This document shows, one piece after another, positions 23,184 to 36,287 of a stretch of DNA of 64,000 nucleotides. Below the pieces are notes generated by a model. The model was not told where the DNA came from and made no database searches. It saw only the letters and a program-made list of their open reading frames with translations. The stretch comes from Eledone cirrhosa. Lineage: Eukaryota. Location: positions 107,074,001 to 107,138,000 of the forward strand of contig OZ024744.1 in the NCBI GenBank assembly GCA_964016885.1, given 5' to 3'. Every line of letters starts with the position of its first letter. Within the stretch, counting starts at the first letter, position 1. The translations under genes and the position numbers were made by a program.

Positions 23184-25999
23184 GATACCTTATAATATGA
23201 TTAATCTTCCCTGTATATATTCCATTAAAGAAATATATTTCACCAATTAATCGGATGGTAAACCACGGAAGTGGAGACTTGGATTTTCAACAAGGAAGAA
23301 GTTCCAGCGATCCTTGTTTACACTTCAAGTTCAAATCAGCGACTGGCCAGCAACACGTGCTATATCAACTAGAAATACACACATCATACTAGCTTCGTCC
23401 CAGTGGCGTGAATAGGGTTATCGACAACTAGAAACAGCAGTCGAGTCCTTTCAACAGAGTTAGCTCTACAATTAAGAAGCCGTATTTATATATATATATC
23501 CAAAATTAAGATAAATCAAATGAATTTAATCTAAATCCAAATTATGGGTGTCATGCCAAGTCTCCACTTCCGTGGTTTACCATCCGATTAATTGGTGAAA
23601 TATATTTCTTTAATGGAATATATACAGGGAAGATTAATCATATTATAAGGTATCTATTTTTGAAGTTCTGGTCAACTTTATTTAGTTACCTACCTAGCTA
23701 TGTGTGGTTACACACTTGTAAAAATTATCTCCTGTGATTATTCATGTTTATTTATATGTTAATCAATTTCTAGTTATTATAAAATGCTCGGACCTACTCG
23801 TTAGAAGCTTAGAGCTTATTTTGCGGGTGATATGGTGCATGTCTCTCTGGCATGACACCCATAATTTCGATTTAGATTAAATTCATTTGATTTATCTTAA
23901 TTTTGGATATAGATATATAAATAAGGCTCCTTAATTGTAGAGCTAACTCTGTTGAAAGGACTCGACTGCTGTTTCTAGTTGTCGATAACCCTATTCATGC
24001 CACTGGGACGAATCTAGTATGATGTGTGTATTTCTAGTAGATATAGCACGTGTTGCTGGCCAGTCGCTGATTTGAACTTGAAGTGTAAACACGGATCGCT
24101 GGAACTTCTTCCTTGTTGAAAATCCAAGTCTCCACTTCCGTGGTTTACCATCCGATTAATTGGTGAAATATGTTTCTTTAATGGAATATATACAGGGAAG
24201 ATTAATCATATTATAAGGTATCTATTTTTGAAGTTCTGGTCAACTTTATTTAGTTACCTACCTAGCTATTTGTGGTTACCCACTTGTAAAAATTATCTCC
24301 TGTGATTATTCATGTTTATTTATATGTTAATCAATTTCTAGTTATTATAAAATACTCGGACCTACTCGTTAGAAGCTTAGAGCTTATTTTGCAGGTGATA
24401 TGACGCATGTCTCTCTGGCATGACACCCATAATTTTGATTTAGATTAAATTCATTTAATTTATCTTAATTTTGGATATAGATATATAAATATATATATAT
24501 ATATATATAATGTATATACACACACACAGACAGACACAGAGAAAAAACTTTATCCTATACTTCGGTTGCTTAGTGCACATCTTAATATATATCTGATCTA
24601 CAATGAGTGCTAATAATACGTAAATTAGTCCATCCATTTCAGGATATATATAATCATTTGGCAAGTTTTCTAGGGCTAGATGCCTTCCTATCACCAATCA
24701 TTTTACAGGTTGTACTGGGTGCATTTTATTGTGGTACCAACCCTAGAAAGGTTGTCATGTCTTCGACACAACTGACTGTGTACTGGGTGCTTTTATTGTG
24801 TAGATTACCACTACTCAAGAGGGTCTGCTGTTGACATAACTGAAGAGTCTTTAACCCTTTTTGCCATGGTTTCTACAGTAGGATGCCCATCCTGTCACTA
24901 ACCACATGTATTTTTTGTGGCACTGGCACTAGAGGTTGTCAGTCATTGTCTCAACTAAAAAGCCCTTTCTACTCTGTTGCAAGATTACAATGGCATGTGT
25001 TGTTTCTAATAATGGTGGTGGGTAGAGTGATAGCATCTACAAAAGGGTTATGATGATATGTTGGGATTTTAGAGGAGGTTGCAGTGATGGTGAGAATAGC
25101 TACTAAGCAGTGATAGTGGAGGGAGCATGGATTGGGTGGAGGTGTACTGGGAAGGTAAGAACAACTATGAAGAAGTTGTCATCTTCCATACACTTATCTT
25201 ACGTCATTCATGCATGCTGACATTGCACATCCAATGGAGCATACATGCTTCATTTCTTTCTAGCCTTTACGAGTTTTCTGCAGTCAAGGCCTATGTTTCA
25301 TTGCCATGTGACATTGCAGTTTGCTGCATGTTGGTATTATATATTCAACCCTCCATGTATCATACATTCAACTCTCTGTGTATCATCATTATCCCTGTTT
25401 TACCTCATTTTTTCCATGTTGGTATCAGTCAGTCAGGTTGTGAGACAGCAGCTGATCACAACTTGTGTTGGTATCAGTCATGCTGTGAGACAGCAGATGA
25501 CCACAACTTGCTTGTGTTTCATTTTGACATGGTTCTTATTAATATATAATAATACATATGTATTGTTAGTCACCTCTGATGATGAGAATACAGTGTACTT
25601 ATTCTAGTGTGAATACACAGTTACTTCCCCAACTATCATCATCATCACCATCATCATCGTTTAACGTCTATCTTCCACGCTAACATGGGTTTACTACAAT
25701 ATATAATCAATTTATAAGGTCAAAAAGCTCCCACTCTACTCTGTAAAGTGGTAGTACTGGTGCTACAAAAAAGCTTTCAGTTTACACTGTAATGTGGTTG
25801 GTGTTAGGGAAGGTATCCAGCCATAGAAAACCAAGCCTCAAATAGATCTGTATGAACAAAACATGGTCAGCTTACCTGGCCAGTCAAACCCCATGACGTG
25901 GCTGTTTATCTAACCCATGATGTTAAAGAGTGATGATGATATGAATAGCTTCTAATGCATAACTTCTTAGATAACTAATATTTGGTTTTACTTTCAAAG

Positions 26000-26093
26000 G
26001 TTGATAAACATATACGGAAATTGGATGCTGATTTAGCCCGATTTGAAGCAGATCTGAAGGAAAAGAGCATAACAAAACCAAAAGAAGGTCCAA
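26000..26093 (+). CDS. ING5: ING5-like coding exon 4 (94 bp)
   Basis: ttcaaAG|...|GTatgt. [31 protein letters not shown], a hallmark ING4/5 sequence. Confidence 0.92.
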
Positions 26094-26179
26094 GTATGTT
26101 TTACTTCTGAATGATTGTTCATTGTACAGATGGTTAAGAAGTGATTGATTATTGACAATATTTCTGTTTGTGATTTCAG

Positions 26180-26282
26180 CCATCAAAGTAAAAGATAAAA
26201 AAAAGAGGAAATCTCTAAAGACAGAATATGAAGATGAGATTCCTAAAAAGAAGAAAAACAAGAAATCCTCACTACAGATTCA
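26180..26282 (+). CDS. ING5: ING5-like coding exon 5 (103 bp, NLS region)
   Basis: tttcAG|...|GTaata. (T)IKVKDKKKRKSLKTEYEDEIPKKKKNKKSSLQI(Q), a basic NLS-like region. Phases match both neighbouring exons. Confidence 0.85.
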
Positions 26283-26396
26283 GTAATATTGTTTATTTCA
26301 TATTTTAAGATAAACTGCTTTTGCAAATAGATAAACTGCTTTTACTAGTTAATTTATAAAATGGTATTAGATTTGCACTTTTACTATTCTTTTTAA

Positions 26397-26595
26397 CTCT
26401 TTAGCATTTAAACCAGCCATATCCAGCCAGAATTCTTTCACCTCTTTCTGTTCAAACTGGCTGTAACTGGCCACTCATACTGATGTTAAGGTATTGCTCT
26501 CAAAATAAATAATATCAAAATCTCATAGATTCAATATTATGTGAGATAAAGCCTTTACCATGAAAATACAACAGAGTAATGTAAATGCTAAAGAG
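26397..26595. mobile_element. piggyBac-type MITE (family 1)
   Basis: TTAA|ctctttagcattta...taaatgctaaagag|TTAA, a perfect 14-bp TIR. Confidence 0.85.
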
Positions 26596-26611
26596 TTAAA
26601 GAATTGTAGTT

Positions 26612-26875
26612 GTATTTTGTGACCATATTTCTAATAGAAGGCACTGCCAATAACTTTCAAAATATGTTTTTGAGAGGATTTAGTAATTAACTTTCATATT
26701 ATTAAGTTGATATTTGGAACATAACTTAACAAAGGTTCTTACATAGAATCATAATGGAAGTTTTTTTTAGATAAATATAAATATTTTAAAGTAAACAGCT
26801 TTGTGTTGTAGAAGCAGGGTTGGTTTCAAAAGGGTTAATTTATAACTTCTATTTTGGGTCCCGGAAATGTTAGAA
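26612..26875. mobile_element. TTAA-type MITE (family 2), inverted copy of 56163-56433
   Basis: Reverse-complement similarity over ~260 bp to 56163-56433, including ...tttcaaaaggg|TTAA. Confidence 0.7.
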
Positions 26876-27026
26876 TTGGTAAGTTGGTTACTATAATATG
26901 GTTTGGTATTAAATGGGTTTAAACTATTAATCCATATGCTCATTTCATTATGCTTTAGAAATAATTCTTAATAAATGCCATAAACTTTTACCAATATTTT
27001 TCTCTGTCTATCTCTAATATTTCTAG

Positions 27027-27177
27027 ACCTGACATGGAGAACAGTTTGCCATCATTACCATTGTCTATCACACATCCGTCAGATGTTCTTGATATGCCTG
27101 TAGACCCTAATGAACCAACATACTGTCTTTGTCATCAAGTATCATATGGTGAAATGATTGGCTGTGATAATCCTGAT
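27027..27177 (+). CDS. ING5: ING5-like coding exon 6 (151 bp)
   Basis: ttctAG|...|GTaagt. PDMENSLPS...[33 protein letters not shown], the first half of the ING PHD finger. Confidence 0.95.
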
Positions 27178-28495
27178 GTAAGTTTAAATTTTCCTCCTTC
27201 ACTCCAAATTAGAGCAGCATCTCGCTTATGAAACAATTGACGTAATTTTGTGTGTGTTTTTTTTTTTGGGGGGGGGGGGGGGAGGGGGGGGGGGCATAGC
27301 TTTACTCAGTCATTCATTCACTGCCATATAAGTTTACACTGTGTAAGCTTACTGAGTACTCATAAAATTCTGGCCAGTGACCAGCTTATGAAAATAACCG
27401 ACTTCACTGTAGCCATTAGTTGTTTCTCCAGCTATTATTGGTATGTCTTGTTTCCATTTTTGTCTTTCAGTATAGGCCCTGCTGTTACTTATGTGTGTGT
27501 GTGTGTGTCTATATATACATATATATATATATATGATGATGATGATATATATATATTTAAGCACACACGTGTATTTATACATCTCTGAAGGCTAGAAAGA
27601 AATTAAGCGACCTGAGAAAAAAGCTAGGCAAAGAATGAGATGTAGTGTGCAAAAGATAAGACTTGCATGTGTAATGAAGATGACAGCTGTATAAAGCAAT
27701 GTCAGTGATTGGGACCTGTAGTAGAGGTAGACCTAGGGAGACATTGGATGTAGTGTAGTGAAGACTGACCATAGGAAATTGAACCTCACAACAGAGATGA
27801 CAAAGGCCTGCAAGTATTGGTGACATGTACTGGAAAAACTTACCTACTAGTGTAAAAACATACTTTACTCGCAACATTGTTCCTTAAACACCACTCTCAC
27901 CACACCTGTATTGCACCCAAGGCATGTTTCTCATCCTCCCCCCCCCCCCTCTTCTCTGACATGAAACTTGTCACTCTTCCCTTTCCTACAAATAGGAGTA
28001 GGGACGGCTTTTCAATTGAGTCTATGACCAACAATAGCCTTAATGTTGATGGCATGATAAAATGCAGCCAGTACACTCTGTAAAGCGATTGATAGATGTT
28101 AGGAAAGGCTTCCAGCCATAGAAACCATGCTGAGAGGATTGTTAAATAACAACAATACTGATTCCACGAAAAATGCACCCACTACATCCTATAAGGTGGT
28201 TGATGATAGGAAGAGCATTTAGCTGTAGAAACTATACCAAAAAAAGGTTGAGTGGGCTCTTTATTTGTGCCAGCAGCGCAACATTTCTAATGTTGGTGAT
28301 CTACATGATAAACACACCTAATCTCCTTATAATATATAACCAGCAAATTCTCTGTCTGTCTGTCTGACAGTGGAAACACGTGCGCGCGTGCGAATGTTTT
28401 TTGCGCACGCGTAGTGAGAGATTGAGAGTGAAAGAAAGAGACAGACTACAAGAGGGGGATAGCGGGAGGGAGAGAGGGGGGAATTGAGGAGTGCT

Positions 28496-28933
28496 ACAGA
28501 AACATATATACATTTCTGTGTGTGTGTAATATATATATATATACACACACAGAAATATATATACATTTCTGTGTGTGTAATATATATATATATATACACA
28601 CAGAAATATATATACATTTCTGTGTGTGTGTAATATATATATATATACACACATAGAAATATATATATATACACACAGAAATATATATAGATATATACAC
28701 ACAGAAATATATATACATTTCTGTGTGTGTAATATATATATATATATATACACACACAGAAATATATATACATTTCTGTGTGTGTAATATATATATATAC
28801 ACACACAAAAATGTATATATATTTCTGTGTGTATATATATATATATTACACACACAGAAATGTATATATATTTTTGTGTGTATATTACACACACAGAAAT
28901 GTATATATATATACACACAGAAATATATATACA
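28496..28933. repeat. Compound self-complementary microsatellite (~52-bp units)
   Basis: cagaaatatatatacatttctgtgtgtgtaatatatatatacacaca repeated ~8 times. A shorter copy lies at ~29480-29568. Confidence 0.9.
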
Positions 28934-29169
28934 TCCCTTAGCTACTGTACTGTATCTGTTGCTATCTCTCTCTCTCTCTCTCTCTCCAGCTATCCCTCTC
29001 TTTTAGTCTGTCTGTTTCTCTTACTCTCACTCTTTGTAACACACTAACATTCCTCCCCTCTATCGCTGTGACGAATGGGGAGATGGAGGAGGAGGAGAGA
29101 GTCACTTCGTCACTTCACCTCTGCCTTTCTTTCTCTCCCCTCTCACTCCCTCATTACGTACAGACATTA

Positions 29170-29362
29170 GGGCGGTGGATTGGCAGAATCTGTAGAGAGT
29201 CGGACACCATGCTTCATAGCATGGAGTTACGTCCCTTTGCGGTCTGAGTTCAAATACCGCCGAGGTTAACTTTGCCTTTCATCCTCACGGGGTCAATAAA
29301 ATAAAGTACCAGTAATGTACTGGGTAATTGCTGGCTTTGTGCCAAATGTAGAAACAATTATT
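29170..29362 (+). mobile_element. tRNA-derived SINE (family B)
   Basis: gggcggtggattggcagaat head, B-box-like gagttcaaatacc, body gaggttaactttgcctttcatcc. Close copies at 61006-61195 and 61913-62091 (minus strand). Confidence 0.82.
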
Positions 29363-30658
29363 AGAAACATTGCTTCATTTTTACATATCTAAGCATTAGT
29401 AAAATAACTAATAATTTCAAAAGTAATTTTTCAATTCCAATTGTTATGAACAGCAAAACATTAATAATAATTTTGTTCTAAGAAATATATATACATTTCT
29501 GTGTGTGTAATATATATATATATACATTTCTGTGTGTGTAATATATATATATACACACACAGATATATATGGGCATTTCTCTGTCTGTCTGTCCTTCCCT
29601 AAAACTCAAATGTAGGTGCTACAGAAATATTACCTTCCCCTTCCTTTCTCCACTTTGGTACTACCAAGAGAAACACTGTCGCTATAGAAACATTACCTTC
29701 CCCTCTCCACTGACTTTGGTCACTGAGGCCGAGGGAATCGCTGGTTGCTATAGAGACACCTTGCACAAGCCAGAAGTAACCAGTTTGAGGCGGTTCTGAC
29801 TTGACACCATGCCAAGTCTACTTCTAATATATAATGGGCATTTCTCTGTTTGTTTGTCTGTCTGTCCATCTGTAAAAAATGCCAAGGAAACAAATAGACG
29901 CGGTTTCAAATCTCTATGCTTTTCAAATTCATTACATTAATCTTTATTTATATGTTTCGCTTTACGAGTGTTTCGACTTATCATTATATATAAACGTTTC
30001 TATTTCCATCGTTATATCATAACGTTTATGTATCATAACGTTTATATTTCCGTCACTAATCTCTTTTTCTCCTTTTTCGTTTTAACATATATTTATTTCA
30101 AAGATTTCACCGTATAGATCACATATATATTTATACATGCATAAAAGACACACCGAGAGATGGTGAACATGTGGTGCCGAAAACATTTCTCATCCAAATC
30201 TCAACAATATCAGTATATACACTAGATTTGCTAGCAGAAAACCGCCCACCGGGTGGCTTTCTGCTAGTCTATATATATAAAACAGAGAATGTCTGTCTGA
30301 CTCTCTAAAACTTGAGAACCACCCAACCGATTGTTTTCAAACTTTACACATGTAAGACTTAGTCGTGTGAGTGTTTTGAGCAAAAAATATTTCAAATTTT
30401 CAATGCCCTAGGGACCGCATTAGGCGATTTAGCAATCTCTCTCTATAATTCTTAGTCTTTCTTTTTAGATAGATACATAGATATAACATTGCGCCCCTAT
30501 AATATATGTCTGTATGTCTAGCTGTATTACATGTGTAATACAGCCAGACATACAGACATTTGAAAGGTCAGTAGTCCCAATTAAGTACTCACTTGGTCTG
30601 TGACAACTTGCCCAATGCTTACAAGTAAGGAAAATGGACATTAAATGAGGATGATGAT

Positions 30659-30690
<32 letters not shown>

Positions 30691-30859
30691 ATCTGTGTAT
30701 ATACTATAAATGGCAGCACATTGAAGGTCAAGTCTTCCTCTCGTCTCTGCTCTGGCAATTATCTTGCTCAATGAAATAACACACCAACAGGAATCCAACG
30801 CACAACAATATGATCATGAGCTAAACACTTTAACCACTAAACCATGTGTCTTTACATTA

Positions 30860-30990
30860 TATACTGTGTAGTGTTACCTAACACAGTATATAATGTGTTG
30901 GTATTACACTACACAGTATATAATGTGTAGTGTTACACTACACAGTATATATTGTATTGGTGTTACTACACAGTATATACTGTGTTGTTG
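30860..30990. repeat. ~28-bp tandem repeat just upstream of the last ING5 exon
   Basis: acacagtatataatgtgt(a/t)gtgttac repeated 4-5 times. Confidence 0.7.
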
Positions 30991-31031
30991 TAAAAGCCTC
31001 ATTTGTGAATAATTAAATTTGTCTTTTTCAG

Positions 31032-31133
31032 TGCCCTATAGAATGGTTTCATTTTGCTTGTGTTGGTCTCACAACAAAACCAAAAGGAAAATGGTACTGT
31101 CCACGCTGTCAAGAAGAAAGAAAGAAAAAGTGA
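31032..31133 (+). CDS. ING5: ING5-like final coding exon (102 bp including stop)
   Basis: ttttcAG|[33 protein letters not shown]. Completes the PHD finger and polybasic tail. Confidence 0.96.
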   Translation, partial: CPIEWFHFACVGLTTKPKGKWYCPRCQEERKKK

Positions 31134-32298
31134 AAATATTTAGGGGGAAAAAGAGAAAATAAAATAAAAAGAGGAGGAACTGTTATGTGTATCTCTGGAA
31201 ATGTCCACTTCATATGTGAATGGCTTTTATGTTGTGTTTTAGAGACTCAGACAATTCTCTAGTTACCATTGTATTTATATATTCATTTTTCTTCCTTTTT
31301 TGTTTCTTTAATTTACTATTGCAGTCAATTGAATTCCTATTTAGTTATATTATTTTCTTTTACACTTAATTATTCACAACACTCCTGAACATTACCATAC
31401 TTGTGGCACCGTGTTAGGGCAGCTTATTTAACTGTAATGCTTTTCAAAGAATTATTGGTAATTTTTCTTTTCTTGTTAATCATCATCATTTAACATCCAT
31501 ATTCCATGCTTGCATAGGTTATATCAGCTGTCAGGTCATATAACCACATCTTGCTCATACAAAACTTGGTTTCTGTGGTTGGATGCCCTTCCTAACACCA
31601 ACCACATTTACAATGTGGACTGTGTATAAAGGAAATCAAATATGTGCAGGAGAGAAGACTCTCATAATTCAATATAGATCTGGAGCAGCAATGTTGTAAG
31701 AATGTCAAATCATTGTATGTCTAAACACTTTCTGTAGAGGGAGTTAGTCAAAGGGAAACGGCTAAGGTATGAATCAAAGTTCAGGTATAAAGACTGCATT
31801 AAAAGAGCTTTGATACATTCAAAATCAGAGAAGATAACTGAGGGAGACATTGTCTTAGAGCGATTATCTTAGAGGAAAACAGTGTTTAATGGAAGACAGG
31901 AATTTAAAACATTTTGTTTGGAGCATGAAAGACTTAAGAGGAGTCTTTATAAGGGTCTACACAATATTACTTTACCTGTATTTTCAGATGCTCAAAAAAT
32001 AAATTTGTGTGCAATGAATGTGGCTGGATTTGCCTCAGTAAAGCTGGTCTTAGAAGTCATGTAGAAAACATTAATTATGGTCTCTTTAGTATTTCTTCCT
32101 ATCATTAGTGTGGAAAATAATGTGCCACAGCTGCTGGAGCACATCAATTAAAAGCTCACCAAAGCAAAACGGGGAATCAAAGTAGAAGTAATGTTTATCA
32201 CTGCAGCATATGTAGAAAGGTGTGTAAGTCCTTGTTAGGGCTGAAGTGTCATGTGTAAGGTTATGGAAATTGTATGTATGTATGTGAGTATATATATA

Positions 32299-33479
32299 CA
32301 GTAGCAGACTGGCCAGGTTGCCCAATTGCAGGGTCCCACTGTAGTATCTTAGGGGCCAGTGCTTTGCTTTCAAAAAATATCTTTTAAAAAATTCTTAGAG
32401 AAAAAATAAATTTTTAAAATAAAAAAATATCTTTTAAAAAATTCTTAGAGAAAAAATAAATTTTTAAAATAAAAAAATATCTTTTAAAAAATTCTTAGAG
32501 AAAAAATAAATTTTTAAAATAAAAAAAATATCTTTTAAAAAATTCTTAGAGAAAAAATAAATTTTTAAAATAAATAAACAGTCAAGCGAAGCATTTGGTC
32601 AAAGAATTCCCTAAGGAATTAATAGAAACCAAAATATATGATAGTGCTAACAGTTAGAATCACTTTATAGCTTACTGTATTCATTCATTCATTCATGCAT
32701 ACATACATGGACACATATATATATCATCAATTAACGTCTATCTTCCATGCTAGCATGGGTTAGATGGATTTGTCCCATTTAGAGGTAAGTTGGGTCGGGT
32801 GACCGTGTCTCGCTCGTATAGGAGAGTTTATGGCTGGATGCCCTTCCTAATGCCAACCACGTTAACTGTGTGCTGGGTGCTTTTTGTTGTGACACCTACA
32901 TGCATATATATACTTACACGTACACACCACGAGCTGCTGGCCAAATAACTTTTGATATCAATGGATTAAAGACACATGTAAAATCAATTAGTTCTTCAGT
33001 CTAAAGTCCCTCAGGGAAAATGAGTCTCCAAATGTTTGTACAAGTTGAAAACATGTATATATACATATATATAAATCTATATATAAACATACACATGTAC
33101 AGACAGACACACACTCTCAGATATATGTATATTGAGTGAGTGTGAAAGGCCAAAGGTCATTATTGAAAGCCTCTGGATGTGTATCATTTTTTATTGTTGA
33201 AGATAAGACAGTGTACTATACATTCACAATTATTTAAAAATTCAATTATAACATTCTGTATTACTGTACACTGCCAGTAATATGTACAGTATATATACTC
33301 TATAATTAGTAAAAGATACACATTTTTTTCCACAAATTTGATTGCACAGTTTTGTTTTCACATGTATTTTTTTTTAATATTCTTTATTCATTATAAAAAT
33401 TAAATGATAACATTCTATATGTGGGTGGGGCCCCCTTTATAACCTGGCAACCAATATTTTTAGACCCAGTCCACCACTG
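32299..33479. mobile_element. Non-autonomous hAT-like element
   Basis: Imperfect TIRs cagtagcagactgg / ccagtccaccactg flanked by tatatata on both sides (possible 8-bp TSD). Contains a 50-bp tandem repeat and an RTE-tail fragment. Confidence 0.6.
32372..32575. repeat. 50-bp AT-rich tandem repeat x4
   Basis: aaaaatatcttttaaaaaattcttagagaaaaaataaatttttaaaataa, period 50. Confidence 0.9.
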
Positions 33480-34244
33480 TATATATATAAGCAGGGAAAA
33501 GCAGACATAAAATGATGATGATGATAACCCATGCTAGCATGGAAGATGGATTTTAAACGATGATGATATATATATACACAAATAATGTGTGTGTATATAT
33601 ATGTGTATATATATTTAAAAGTACCTGGTCTGCTCTATAAGGTGGTCGTGCTGGTGACATAAAAACACTGTTGATGTTAGGAAGGGAATCTAGCTGTAGA
33701 AACGAAGCCAAAATACAGATCCATATAAGCAAGTCTCTGAACATGACTTCTTTCATAACATGACAACCCATCTAACCCTTGAAAATGTTGAAAAATACAC
33801 ATTAAACAATGATGATATATATATATATATATGCATGTGTCTGTAATCAGCAAATGCACAAAAAAAAACAGTTATATAAGATGGTCAAGTACCAGATCTG
33901 AGAACCACTGTTGGTAAGATGCATGTAAGACAATAACAAAACCAGAGGTGAATACATTTAAATATGACTAGAAATAGACAACAGATTCAGCATTTAAAAT
34001 GTGTAATATAACAATGCTGGAAGAAGGGAACATTTTTTTTACTTGACACAAAGCAACAGGAATTCATGAAAATGAAGAAAACACTAAAAGCTAATATTAA
34101 TTTTTAATATATTTGCTTTTATTATGAAACATTTTACCCAATTAGATTATTTTACAGTTAATATATCGTGACGAACTTTCATATTAAAAGCAAATAAATT
34201 ATAAATTTTCTAATGTATGTAAACTTATTAGCTTTATGATTGAG

Positions 34245-34275
<31 letters not shown>

Positions 34276-36287
34276 TATATGTATATGTATTTTATTTTGG
34301 GAATTTTACCCACCCTAGATATATATATGTGTGATCTATTGTGTATGTGTATATATATATATATGATGTAATTAGATTTGATTAATCTACTTTCTTTTAA
34401 TTATAGAATGTTTTTGTCATTACTGACGGATTCTTTTGTATTTTGGTGTGTAACAAATAGAATATAAACATCAATAATACTTTTATTTACAATGATGTAG
34501 CTAACATGAAATTACAACCATAACTCATTTGTTTTAATCTACCCCACCCCAGTAAATTTTGCATTTTTCTTTATATTCACCATATTTGTTGCCACAACTT
34601 TTCACTGTTAACAACCTTGTGATTTTTCAAGTTTATCTTTTTTTGTTCATACAGAATCACTGTTCAAATGAAAGCTGCTATTTATTTTAAAAGTGTGTAA
34701 AATGTTTTCATAACAGGTAGGAATAATATATATAGAAGAAAAACAACACAAATAACATACATTTATTTTTATTTTTATTTTTATTTTTTTTTACACTTAT
34801 TAAAAGTTAGTTGTAATTATCACAAGATTTCGTTTAATTGAAACTATGAAATTCAGAAGGTCAGCGTTGTCATATTGAGTCTCCCTGAGGAATATGTTAA
34901 GAGTACACATGTCTGCTCAGTCTCTTACACTAGGAGGTACCTATAATTGAAAGGGCCATCTTTGTTATGCTGAACTTCAATGAGGATACACATGTCTGTA
35001 GAATGCTCAGCCACTTAGATATATGTTGTTCTGCTGATCAGAACCAACAGGTCCAACACATTAATTAGATTAGTGTCAAGCAACTTTGTAATTTGTTAGT
35101 TACAGTATTTGGTAAATAATAAGAAACTTGTCTGAAAAGTTTAGGAATTGTTTTCAAATGTCTTCTAGGAATCCTCGTGTTTCTCCTGACAATTCTTTAA
35201 AATAATATTGTCTTTAAAGAAGGTGGATAGAATGCTTTGTAGCATTGTTCTGGCTCTCTGAGTTCAAATCCTGCCAAAGTCAATTGTCCCTTCCTTTTGA
35301 GGTCAATAAAAAAAAAAGGTACTAGACTATTCCTAGATATCTCCTTTTTACTTTCTCTCTCCCTCATTCTCTATCTTTCTCTGAAAGAAATCTGCTGTGT
35401 TCAGACGTGGAGAAGGATATGCTCCACCAGGCTTAAATATCCAAGAAACACTGTATACCACTACAATGCTCTTAAGACTCCATCAGGACTTATGGAACCA
35501 TACCATGTGTTTAAATATAAGATATATTCAGTTATCATTTATTGAAGGGTTTATAGATATAAGGTGTGTCTAGGAAAAGTAAATGTATTGTATTCAAACC
35601 ACTGATATAGTGAGAACTTCCACAAAAAATAAAATATTATGTAAATATTAGATTTGGTGCTTGCCCTCCTCCCCCACCCTCATGGCATTTTATATTTGAT
35701 CATTAAAGACTCAGTTTAATCACCATCATGGAGATCTTCAATTTTGGCCAATTTTTCAAGGTATACATTTTTACTCATTCTTCATCTTTTAAGTCTTGTC
35801 AATCTAAAAAAAAAACCTTCCATCATAATTTTATGTAAGAATCTTTATAGTGTTGCAAACTCCAACTTAAGGAGAAATTTAGTTGCATTACTGAATCCCT
35901 CCAAGTTCTCGATTATTTTCAAAATGATTTGAAAAGAATAGAAACTTTGGTAATGAAAGGGTTAACACAAATATTAAGTCATCTTTCACAAGACACCAGA
36001 ATATCAAATTCTTGGTTGAAGAAATCATCATAATATATGCATATATATATAATGTGTGTGGGTGTGTGTGTGTGTTTTTTTAATAGGCATAGTACGTGTG
36101 GTATCATTGGCAAATTTCTTGCACCATCAGATTAAAGACCCCCTCCATTTGCTCTGTCTCAATCCAATCAAATTCCACTGATGTGAACTTTGCTTTTCAC
36201 TCAGTAATCAATAAATAAAATACCAGTCCCAGGGGTGTCTGTGTCTAATCTAGACCTGTGTGTTTTATGTTCAAATCTTCCCTCCTG

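Larger units (their letters stand above)
9653..24490. repeat. 568-bp tandem (satellite-like) array interrupted by nested TEs, with an inverted terminal block
   Basis: Period 568 (9653 to 10221; 15231 to 15799). About 6.5 forward units remain after removing insertions. 23558-24490 is ~1.6 units in reverse orientation. Both ends abut (TA)n. Confidence 0.95.
28322..30530 (+). mobile_element. Mosaic of non-autonomous Helitron-like modules
   Basis: 5'-type starts TC(T/A-rich)ataa...tgtctgtctg at ~28322, ~29818 and 30268. Palindrome ending CTAG at 30231-30267. Segments shared with 42605-43215 and 44250-44573. Confidence 0.55.

Noticed and set aside
15925-23187. Sequence-specific targeting of the satellite by the LTR family
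   Set aside because: Private SNPs shared by the two host monomers favour one insertion followed by duplication. The related Gypsy also inserted at a different monomer position.
28301-29047. Long C/V/Y/I/T/H-rich ORFs (also 41557-41807, 55677-55999)
   Set aside because: Translations of (TA)n/(CA)n compound microsatellites.
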